From the NCBI RefSeq assembly GCF_006345805.1, contig NC_043012.1, positions 59,024,001 to 59,088,000 on the forward strand: a DNA stretch of 64,000 nt, given 5' to 3'. Below, in pieces: positions 11,675-22,299 of this stretch. Positions within the stretch are counted from its first letter, which is position 1, and every line of letters begins with the position of its first letter. Position numbers and translations under genes: made by a program. The notes under the pieces were generated by a model. It saw nothing but the letters and a program-made list of their open reading frames with translations, was not told the origin of the DNA and did not search any database. The stretch is from Octopus sinensis. Taxonomy: Eukaryota.

Positions 11675-11886
11675 TTTCAAATTTTTGCCACAAGAGTAGC
11701 TTGGGAATGAGGGGGATGAGTCGATTACAACGACCCTAGTGTTCAACTGGTACTTATTTTATGGATCCCGAAAGGAGGAAAGACAAAGTCGACCTCAGCA
11801 AAATTTAAAGTGAAAACGTAGTGAAAGGTGAAATACTGCTAAGCACTTCATCCAGCGTGCTAACGACTCTGCGAGCTCACCACCTT
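11675..11886 (-). mobile_element. SINE family B
   Basis: ggtacttattttatggatcccgaaaggaggaaagacaaagtcgacctc; flanked by (ATT)n and (AAT)n. Confidence 0.85.
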
Positions 11887-11949
11887 AATAATAATTTTAA
11901 TAATAATATAATAATAATAATAATCTTAATAATAATAATAATAATAATA

Positions 11950-11980
<31 letters not shown>

Positions 11981-11984
11981 TAGA

Positions 11985-12210
11985 CATGATAAAAAATATT
12001 CAGACATATACATAACAAAAACGCCAAGACTTACAAACACATATAACATACAGAAAATTGCACTACTAGGCACTGCACACATCCTACGCAGAACACTTTC
12101 CATACAATAACCATCAGAGCATCACAACAAATCACAGCACATACCCAAGGCACACAGAGCTGCGCTCGGTAGTGAAGTGAAAGCACGCTATAAAAATTAA
12201 ACTACTGATA
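11985..12210 (+). mobile_element. R4/Dong-like LINE 3' end with (ATA)n tail
   Basis: Encodes ...IQKIALLGTAHILRRTLSIQ*, the typical RLE-LINE C-terminus, then a 3' UTR and simple-repeat tail. Confidence 0.8.
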
Positions 12211-12264
12211 GATAATAATAATAATAATAATAATCATAATCATAATAATAATATAATAATGATC

Positions 12265-12477
12265 GGTTCAAATTTTGTTATAAGGTCAGAAATTTTGGGG
12301 TAGGGAATGATTTGATTGCATCGACCCCAGTACATAACTGGTACTTATTTTATCGACCCCGAAAGGATGAAAGGTAAAGTCGACCTGGACGGAATTGGAA
12401 CTCAGATCAGAGAGACAGGCGAAATACCGCTGATCACTTACTCCAGCGTGCTAACGATTCCGCCAGCTCGCCGCCTT

Positions 12478-12478
<1 letters not shown>
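12265..12478 (-). mobile_element. SINE family B (well preserved)
   Basis: atcgaccccagtacataactggtacttattttatcgaccccgaaaggatgaaaggtaaagtcgacc...ccagctcgccgcctt. Confidence 0.9.
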
Positions 12479-12574
<96 letters not shown>

Positions 12575-12655
12575 TAATAATAATAATACAACAACAACAA
12601 CAACAGCAACAACAATAATAATAATAGTATTAGTAATAATAATAATAATAATATA
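12478..12655. repeat. (AAT)n microsatellite
   Basis: Seen directly. Confidence 0.95.
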
Positions 12656-12659
12656 ATCT

Positions 12660-12806
12660 ATTCTACTATAAGCACAAGGGCAGAAATTTTGAGGGAGAGG
12701 CAAGTTGATTACATCAACACTGAACACTAGAGTTCAGTTGGTACTCATTTATCGACCCCGAAATTGTGGAATGCAAAGCTGACCTTCGTGGGAATTGAAC
12801 TCACTA
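12660..12806 (-). mobile_element. SINE family B, partial
   Basis: ggtactcatttatcgaccccgaaattgtggaatgcaaagctgacc. Confidence 0.75.
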
Positions 12807-12998
12807 AAAATAACTGCTTCTAATTTAGGTACAGGGCGAGTGGTTTTGAAGTGATTGGGTTAGTCGCTTAAATAGAACTCAGTATTTGATTAGTACTAGG
12901 CATAAAACTACTAATTTGGTATGTTAGGTTAGTCGTGGTGACTAAAATAACTAACATGTTCACCCCCTCGACGATAACGACGGCAAAGCTGAAGATTT

Positions 12999-13035
<37 letters not shown>

Positions 13036-13449
13036 CAGCAGCGGCCTCAGCAACAGCAGCAGCATTTAGAGGGGAGAAAATAGAATTTTTAGCTCCAGCA
13101 TTATCATCTTAAACAGCAGCAGCTGTAAGAATGAGCAGCAGCGGCAGCAGCAGCAAGCAGAGGGGAGAAAATATAATATTTAGCTCCAGCATCGACCTCC
13201 TCAGTAACAGCAGCGGCAGCAGCAGCAGCAGCAACGGTGAACAGCAGCAGCAGTTGTAACAGCAGCGGTAATAACAGCAGCAGCGGCAGCAGCAATGCTT
13301 GCTGGAATATGGTTGAACTTGTGTTAGTGACTCAGCAGACAAATCAATATGTAGCTTTGTCCGTACATACAGATGGGAAGTAGTCTATTTAGCAGGCAGT
13401 GATGAATGGAATATTAAACACGATAGCCTGCCTGCCTGCCTGCCTGATA

Positions 13450-13773
13450 GTTGCAGTTGAACGACAGAGGGAGTGAGAGAGAGAATTAGAAAGGGAGGGT
13501 GTAGAAGTGCGTATAAGAGAGATTTACTGACAGAGAGAGATTGTCAAAATAGAAAGAGTTGCAGTTGAACGACAGAGGGAGTGAGACAGAGAATTAGAAA
13601 GGGAGGGTGTAGAAGTGCGTATAAGAGAGATTTACTGACAGAGAGAGATTGTCAAAATAGAAAGAGTTGCAGTTGAACGACAGAGGGAGTGAGACAGAGA
13701 ATTAGAAAGAGAAGGTGTACAAGTGCGTATAAGAGAGATTTACTGACAGAGAGAGATTGTCAAAATAGAAAGA
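13450..13773. repeat. minisatellite, 3 x 108 bp
   Basis: Units start at 13450, 13558 and 13666 (gttgcagttgaacgacagagggagtgag...) and are near-identical. Confidence 0.95.
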
Positions 13774-14131
13774 GATTGTATGTGTAGAATAGACGCAAGA
13801 ATTGCGAAATAAAAAGCCAACTAAATTTAAATGCAATAATCAGTGTCTATAATAGCTCCTCGTTCTTTTGTACTGTTAAATTGCAATATTAGCTTTAACT
13901 TAGTTTCATCCCATTCGCTATTACCAGAAACGCTAACAACAACGTCACCGCAGTCGTCACCACCGTTACAAAGTATCATCGCTAACTACCTCCCCTTCCT
14001 TGCCCGAAAACATTCACCACCACATCATCAGCTACAACATCGCATTGTTTTACATTAACTAACCTGGATCGATGTTGTGTACAGTAAGTTTTGTTACCTA
14101 CATTCTTACATACAATACGTACATATAGAAG

Positions 14132-14173
<42 letters not shown>

Positions 14174-14379
14174 ATATATATATATATATAAATATATATA
14201 TATATACATATATATACATTTCAAAGAATGTTGGTATATATATACAAATATATGTATATACATATGTATATGAAACAATGTACGTATATATTATACTATT
14301 ATACTTTTATATGTTTCCGCCCTATGACTGTGGCCATGCTAGGCACATAGGTGTGTGTGTGTGTGTGTATGTGCGTGTG

Positions 14380-14712
14380 CGTGTATGGGTCTGGTTAGAA
14401 GCTTACTTTCCAACCACACGGTTCCGGTTTCAGTCCCACTATGTGGCATCTCGTGCTTCGGCTAACAAAATTCTGAGTGGCTTTGGTAGAGAGGAAACTG
14501 AAAGCTACCCGTCGTATATATGAATATATATGTGTGTGTATGTCTGTGTGTGTCTTTGAGTCTGTGCTAGTGTCCCGCCACCACCATTTGACAACCGGTG
14601 CTGGTGTGTTTACGTCCCCGTAAATTAGCTGTTACAATATGTACTTGCTCGATATATTCGATTGAAAACAGTTCAGCATGACCGTCTTCTAATGACTGAA
14701 ATAAGTAATTGA
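14380..14712 (+). mobile_element. SINE family A, decayed
   Basis: ccaaccacacggttccggtttcagtcccac...ggaaactgaaag...acaaccggtgctggtgtgtttacgtccccgtaa. Confidence 0.8.
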
Positions 14713-14750
14713 AGAAAATAGATTTATACATATATATATATATGTATATA

Positions 14751-14844
<94 letters not shown>

Positions 14845-14845
<1 letters not shown>

Positions 14846-15034
14846 TTTATTGTTTTATTCTTTTACTTGTTTCAGTCATCTGACTACAGCCATGCTGGAG
14901 CACCACCTGTAGTCGAGGTAATCAACCCAGGACTTATTCTTTGTAAGCCTGGTACTTGTTCTATCGGTCTGTTTTGTTGAGCTGCTAGATTACGGGGACG
15001 TAAACACAGCAGCATCGGTTGAAGGCGCTGTTAG

Positions 15035-15035
<1 letters not shown>
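14845..15035 (-). mobile_element. SINE family A, 3' half
   Basis: ttacttgtttcagtcat...ggacttattctttgtaagcctggtacttg...ttacggggacgtaaacac. Confidence 0.85.
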
Positions 15036-15091
<56 letters not shown>

Positions 15092-15382
15092 ATATCTATA
15101 TATATATATATATTATATATATATATATGTATATATATATGTACACACACAAACACACATATATGTAGATAGATAGATAGAGAGAGATTGCAATGTTTGG
15201 TCTATGTAAGCCCTCCACGGGAAAAGTAGGGCTACTATGTCCCATTATTGACTACTTACTTTAGTCAATAAAAGGCGATCGCTAATAACTTATAAAATAT
15301 TATTTACAGTTTTGTAAAATCGGCACCGCCTACCAAAATCATCGCATATATAATATATATATACACACACACACACACACGC

Positions 15383-15420
<38 letters not shown>

Positions 15421-15882
15421 CTTACACTTAAGTTTCAATGTGTTACACCTCGTTAAACACCTAAAATCCACAAAGTCAATGAAGTGATACGTATATTTAT
15501 ATAATTTATTACATAATTACGTAATTATGGTTTGAGCTATGATGATTATGATGATTCGTAATAATTATTTAAACGGCTGTAGGAGTTCAGGGTTTGAAAT
15601 ACCACTAAAATTACTATCCAAATATGAGTATGCATGTGTGTTTGCTCGCGCGCTCACGTGTGTGTGTGTGCGTGCATTGAGTGAAACATTAGTACAACTA
15701 CATACTGATAAAAATATATAACTCTGAGTATACAAGTGAAGAAACGAAAGTAGCCTCCAAAACACTTTGGCTGGAAACACGGATTTAATAACAATTTGAC
15801 TCAGTTCTACACGACTTCAACTTTCACGAAATTTTAGTATGTACGCATATTTGTATATTATATATATCTAAGGCTATACATA

Positions 15883-16420
15883 CAGGGGTTCTGGGCTGAA
15901 TATGACGTTATTTTATGTCTCTTTTTTTCAAGAACGGTGGTGAATGGTCAACGCCGTTGGATTGCATAATGATGAAAGATGAAGTTGAGAAAACTTTATC
16001 TGTATCATCAAAATACGCAACGTGTCTCAAAATGCCGACACCATGACTGCTTCTCCACGATCTGTGAACATTGTAAAGGCAGGAAGACACTCATGTTCGT
16101 TGAGTGCATTTCGACTGAGGGTGTCGTCATGCTGCCTAAATCTTTAAAGAGAATCTTAGGCTCAATTCTGTCTGCTATCTGAGCCGCTGGAGACTTGTCA
16201 AACCCTGGCTGGCAATGGTTGCTTTTGGAACGCTATATAGATATATATAACAGCAGGATTCGGTTTCTCACCATACATCCAGAAAGCGACAGATATGGTC
16301 ATCGGAGAATTTTGTTCGACTTCATCATCCCCAATATCTGATTCCTCCGTTTTGTGGGATCTGAAGGTGGCTACTTTGATTCTTTGAAATACTTTAAATT
16401 TTGGACAGCATACAGCGTTT
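15883..16420 (+). mobile_element. maT (DD37D, Tc1/mariner superfamily) transposon relic
   Basis: TA-cagggg terminus; decayed MFVECISTEGVVMLP...VKPWLAMVAFG...QQDSVSHHTSRKRQ, matching the maT catalytic region. Confidence 0.7.
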
Positions 16421-16424
16421 TAGG

Positions 16425-17110
16425 AAATCTCTATAAGAGATGAAAGTAGTAACTATACAAAGAAGTATTGTTTATTGCCACCTGAACATGGCTGTTCCGT
16501 AGAAACCGGCGTTTCTACCATTTTAACCACAAGAGGACGCCACCGATATATATATATATATTGCAAGCAGGGGAGTAAGTCCGTACTATCTTCCAGCGGC
16601 AGAACCGCCAGACCGTACGGCTTCGAGCTCTTTATGTTCAACCGTTCATCCTCGGGGGTGGATATCCGTTCGCTAGATATAGTAGTAGTTCGTTCCAACT
16701 GGCAAAATATAGAAACTATTTGATAACCAGTCACTGATCTTGCAACAAGCAAATTAGTTAATTAGAGAATCACTATAAGAGATGAAAGCAGTAACTATTT
16801 TGAGAAGTAATGGTTATTGCCACTTTAACAAGGCTGTTCCTTAGAAACCGACGTTGCAACCATTTTAACCTCAGGAGGATACCCCCTCTAGCTGGTTATT
16901 CGATGCAATATATAGTGCAAGCTCGAAACCGTACGGACTGGAGGTCTTCTTGCTGGGAAACGGTACGGGTTCGCTCCCCTACCTGCAATATATATTGGGT
17001 GCAGATTGCAACGAATAACCAGCACTAGGAGTCGTCATCCTCGAGTAAAATGGTAGTAGCGTCAATTCCTGCGGAGCAGCCATTTTCTAGTGGCGACAAA
17101 CAATATTTCT
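16425..17110. mobile_element. non-autonomous TIR element (MITE) with a partial tandem copy
   Basis: 16430-16540 and 16770-16870 are direct copies; 17020-17105 is their reverse complement. Confidence 0.6.
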
Positions 17111-17167
17111 TATTCTGCTTTTTTATGACTTTTATGCAAAGTGTCAAATTTATCCCGAACAGCCTGT

Positions 17168-17323
17168 ATATGTGTGTGTGTGTGTGTGTGTGCGTGTGTG
17201 TGAATGTGTGTGAGTGTGTGCGTGTGAGTGTGTGTGTGTGTGTGCGTGTGTGTATGTGAGTGTGTGTGCGTGTGTGAGTGTGTGCGTGTGTGTGTGTGTG
17301 TATGTACATACGTAGATATGAAG

Positions 17324-17354
<31 letters not shown>

Positions 17355-17364
17355 TGTATGTATG

Positions 17365-17399
<35 letters not shown>

Positions 17400-17644
17400 G
17401 TATGTAGGTATATATATATGTATGTATGTATGTATGTATACATGTTTTTGCATGTATGCAAGTATGTATGTGTGTATGTATGTGTGTATGTATGTAGGTA
17501 TGTAAGAACATGTGTTTACATGAGTAGCTTAATGTAAAATTAACATCACAATTCCCAGAAGAGCAGTTTATATCCATATGAATATCAGCAGTATGCTGGA
17601 CCTGACTGCATGCCTGCATGTGTGACTGAAAGGAAGAGGGAGAG

Positions 17645-17699
<55 letters not shown>

Positions 17700-17914
17700 C
17701 AGAAAGAAAGAAAGAAAGAAAAGAAAGAGTGAAAGAAAGAAATATTTTATTTTACACTCGCAGACATTCTACCCACTCACACTCTCACTTAAAGACAATT
17801 ACAAGCCGGAATATCAACTTCGATTAAAAATTAGAAACAATCTTGTTCTCTAGTGGTGCGATTCAATTAAGCATGAACATCCCGACATGTTATTTTATAC
17901 ATACATATACATAT

Positions 17915-17991
<77 letters not shown>

Positions 17992-18010
17992 CACAAATAC
18001 ATAGATACAT
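17168..18010. repeat. microsatellite cluster (GT)n, (TATG)n, (GAAA)n, (GATA)n with short unique spacers
   Basis: Seen directly. Confidence 0.9.
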
Positions 18011-18399
18011 GAATACATACATACATGTATTTATTTCACTTATAGTCTTTTGAAATGAGAATGTTAAAACCTCGTAAATAAACTAAAGTAATTTTGTTGT
18101 TGTTTTTTATCGCCTGAATCATCTCCGACAGAGGAAATTTTGACCAAAAACATATATACAATTCACAATAATTGTGACAATGTATTCTTCCGGAATGAAA
18201 CACTACTTAAACAATTTGTCCATTTTTTTTTATGCGGCAGCGAATGGTTTGAGGGAGAAATAGTTTCTATTTCCAGCTAGACGAGTAGCCACATATAGAC
18301 TGCCTTTCGACAAGACTTAAGCTCCATAAGTTTCGTATAGTTTAACCTTAGGTCAAAATAAGCTTTGACCTGGTCGACCTGTGGTCAGACCCACTCCAT

Positions 18400-19085
18400 C
18401 TTTGTTCACTCCTGTGTCTTTTCATACTCAGTGTTTCTCGCTCATGTGACCTTACTTAATGTTAGACTTCTCACGATTCTATGAATATTCCGATTCCAGT
18501 TCTGACAATTATTCACAAACGTTTTAAATCTCTATTCAATAATGTCTCCCCACTTGTCTCCTCCACTCTATTTAGCCATCTTATTCGTAGTGATCGTCCT
18601 TTTCTAAGTTTAACTTTTTGATGGTCCAAACATGACGTTGTTTTCTATAACACCCACCGTCATAACGTGACCAAAGAATTTTAATCTTTGTTTGACAATC
18701 AATGCTTCCAAACTACTCTCAGATTTCATTTGCTGTAGTATTGATCACTCTCCTCTTCTTTCCGACCATGTTATGCTCAATAATCTTTTCCAGCACCGCA
18801 TTTCAAATGCATCAATTTTCCTTCAATCTTGTTTTCTTAATTGTCCGGCTTTCGCATCCATACATCATTACTGCATACACCATCGATTTCAAAAACCTCT
18901 CCCTTTGTTCTTTGTGACGCTCCTTTATCTTTCATAATTTTCTCTAGTCCCAATATGGCGGTCATTCCAAGAAGCTATTCTTTGACTTTCATTTCAGTAT
19001 CTCCCATTTCTTGCAGCTTTGGTTACAAGGAAAATAAATTCACTCTCTACTTTACTATTTGGTGTCTAATTTAGAAAATTCTTTA
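18400..19085 (-). mobile_element. RTE-clade LINE remnant (RT C-terminal region)
   Basis: Minus-strand DAFEMRCWKRLLSITWSE-type motif; the plus-strand ORFs here are the usual antisense reading. Confidence 0.8.
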
Positions 19086-19111
19086 GATTTAAAGTAAAAC
19101 GATACACTTTA

Positions 19112-19354
19112 CTGTTTACTCTTTTACTATTTTACTTGTTTCAGTCATTTGACTGCGGTCATGCTGTAGCACTGTCTTTAGTCCTTTAGTCGAGCAAATT
19201 GATCACCGAACTTATTCTTTGTAAGCCTAGTACTTATTCTATCGGTCTCTTTTGCCGAACCGCTAAGTTACGGGGACGTAAACACACCAGCATCGGTTGT
19301 CAAGCGATGTTGGGGGTAAAACACAGACACACAAACATATACACACACACACAC

Positions 19355-19406
<52 letters not shown>

Positions 19407-19697
19407 ATATATATTGGTCTGTTCGCTTAGCCAGCGGGGTGGCGTCATTTGAAGGCTAAAACAATGCGAAATGCACTGTGACCAGCGATGTGTAGCAACA
19501 TCTGATAGCCTGGTCGGTCACGTGATATATATATACGACGGGCTTCTTTCAGTTTCCATCTACCAAATCCACTCACAAGGCTTTCGTCGACCCGAGGCTA
19601 TAGTAGAAGACACTTGCCCAAGGTGCCACGCAGTGGGACTGAATCCAGAACCATGTGACTGGTAAGCAAGCTACTTACCACACAGTCACTCCTGCGC
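19112..19697 (-). mobile_element. SINE family A, full length, inserted in the RTE; carries a 112-bp insert
   Basis: Complete head (ggcgcaggagtgactgtgtggtaagtagc) through to the tail (gactgaaacaagtaaaa). Confidence 0.9.
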
Positions 19698-19699
19698 CT

Positions 19700-19985
19700 G
19701 CTATGCTCATATTTTTACATGTCTAGATTTACCCAAGCTATTGTAATTGCTTCACTTTCCAGCATTTTACTCTGTCCCACTTCGTTTTCTGCAAACAATA
19801 TAATTTCATGATTCTTAATTCTGTTTCGAAATTTTAACTCATTCCATCTCACTGTTTTCCTGTTTTCATCATAATATTTTCACTAAGTAATCTGCAAAGA
19901 AGGTAAGTATGGTATATAACTCTGTCTAACTCCTTTCTTAACTGTAAATCATTCGATGTTCCATATCATTCATCTAACTGTATTT
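19700..19985 (-). mobile_element. RTE LINE remnant (RT core), continuation of 18400-19085
   Basis: Decayed region aligning by eye to ...VKKGVRQGCILSPYLF...NIM... of RTE RT. Confidence 0.6.
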
Positions 19986-19994
19986 TTTCAAGCC

Positions 19995-20280
19995 TAGTCA
20001 GGCTCGTGGGACCGGTTTTCCGGTTTCTATGGCGTATGTGTTTCTCGCAGCTGGACGGGACGCCAATCCATCGCAGTGTTATTCAAGAAATAGTAAGAAA
20101 GAGTTGGAGAAAGTTCGGGTGAAAGAGTACAAAGGGGGTCGCCACCCCCTCCTGCCGGAGTCTCGTGGAGCTTTAAGTGTTTTTTGCTCAATAAACACAC
20201 ACGATGCCTGGTCTGGGAATCGAAACCGTGATCCTCCGACCGCGAGTCCGCTGCCCTAACTACGGGGCCATTGCGCCTCC
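19995..20280 (-). mobile_element. tRNA-derived SINE with V-domain-like segment
   Basis: ggaggcgcaatggccccgtagttagggcagcggactcgcggtcgg head; gcgatggattggcgtcccgtccag motif. Confidence 0.75.
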
Positions 20281-21254
20281 CATCTAAGTGTATATCAATT
20301 TATTCTCCAATATGTCGTTTGCCTTTCTTAAACGGGTGGGATATGATATTAGTGACATTTGGCTTCAGTTATTAGAAATCTCCCCCTGGAATCCCTCGAA
20401 GACCAACACTGCGTTTCATCCTTCCTGGTTCGATAAAATAAAGTATCAGTCAAATACTGAGGGCCATTTTAATCGGCAAATCTCTCCGTTAAGTCTGTGA
20501 TCGTTTGTTCTATATTAGATGTAAACATAAGACGAGTCTTCTATTATTTGTATCGCATTATTTGCTCTAACTGGACGCTGACATCATAAATTAAACAGCT
20601 AATACGGCTTCTATCTACAAAAGAAACGCAATATCTGCATTTAAGTCGCAATTACTTTTAGCAAAGGTATGAACGATCACAGCTCATTTAAAATCTGGTG
20701 AAAAACGGGGCTTTGAATCAAGTAATGAAAAGGGCTAATACCTTTAACCGCTTGCTACTGCCTTATTGTATATCAGGTAAAGCCATAGAAATTACTAGAA
20801 AGCCAGAAGTAAGGCCGTAGAATCAACCCACCACATTTCTAGCTCGAAGCTCACTGTAATTGATAAATCCTTTTCGCTTTCGGTGCCAGTAAGTCAGTTC
20901 CATTAATGTTCTATGCTCAAGTCAATTCAATCGCCTGTACTATTTCCTCTAAAATTACGATTGATGTTTAGCCTCAGGTCAGATGCTATGAATGACTAAA
21001 TCAATGATCAAATGGCTTCAAGTCATTATATCATCCCATTTTCTTTTCTTTTTTGTTTTGGCATACATACAGTACTGCTTTACCCAACTTTCTTTTCAGT
21101 TATTTGATAGATATTTGACTGCTATTTCTAGCTTATCGAACAACCATATACAAGCGTATTTTTGCGCTTCTTCGATGAGTTACTAATGGGTTGGTAATTA
21201 TACTAGCCCCAATTTGGTCTGAGATCGATGTAGAAACTTTTTTATTTCAGTTGT

Positions 21255-21593
21255 ATCGCACACGTTTTTTTTATTTGTTTCAATCCTTTGACTGCGGCCA
21301 TTCTGGAGCACCGCCTGTAGTCGAGCAAATCGACCCCAGGACTTATTCTTTGTAAGCCTAGTACTTATTCTATCGTTCTCTTTTACCGAACCGCTAAGTT
21401 ACGGGAACGTAAACACACCAGCATCGGTTGTCAAACGATGTTGGGGGGACAGACACAGACACACAAATATATACATACACACACACACACACACAATTGT
21501 ATATACATATACGACGGGCTTCTTTTAGTTTCCGTCTACCAAATCGACTCAGAAGGCTTTGACTGGTCCGAGGCTATAGTAGAAGACACTTGC
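21255..21593 (-). mobile_element. SINE family A, head missing
   Basis: Body intact; stops at agaagacacttgcc where the inverted duplication begins. Confidence 0.9.
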
Positions 21594-21769
21594 CCTGAGG
21601 CTAAACATCAATCGTAATTTTAGAGGAAATAGTACAGGCGATTGAATTGACTTGAGCATAGAACATTAATGGAACTGACTTACTGGCACCGAAAGCGAAA
21701 AGGATTTATCAACCAACCACATGCTATTGACATTTCCTTACGAAACAAATCCAGGAATTTGTTCTCTTG

Positions 21770-21995
21770 TGGAGGCACGTGTTGGATTCATGATCATAAG
21801 ATCATGGTTTCGATTCCCAGAATGGGTGATGCGTTGCGTTCTTGAGCAAAACACTTCATTTTACGTTGCTCAGGTTTACAAAGCTGGCATAAGTGAGTAA
21901 TCCTGCGATGGAATGGCGTACCATCCAGGTGGGGACTATATACGCCTTGCAAACTGGCCCTATGACTCTATATGAGTCTGTATGTCTCGGGAAGG
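21770..21995 (+). mobile_element. CORE/V-like tRNA SINE
   Basis: ggtttcgattccc...ttcttgagcaaaacacttcattttacgttgctc...cctgcgatggaatggcgtaccatccagg. Confidence 0.75.
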
Positions 21996-22299
21996 AAGTT
22001 TATTTTTTACTTTACGGTTTTCTTAAAGTCATAAATGACAATTAGCCTACTTCTATGCAGAATTACTCCCTGTTCTGGAGTAATTAAGACTGATTGGTTT
22101 TAAAAGAATATGCATAGTGTTTTTATTACCAACTTCTATGTACTGAGTTCAAATCCTAAAAGTCAATTTTGGTTTCCTTCTCAGGTAAGAATATTTAATT
22201 TACAGTAATATACTATATCAGTTCATTTAGCACTACCGTTCTGTATTGTAAATTGGCAATGTGACAGTTCAAAGAGGAGATACTATTTGTTGAAATTAA

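Noticed and set aside
18692-19074. Plus-strand ORFs of 71-81 aa
   Set aside because: Antisense readings of an RTE reverse transcriptase remnant
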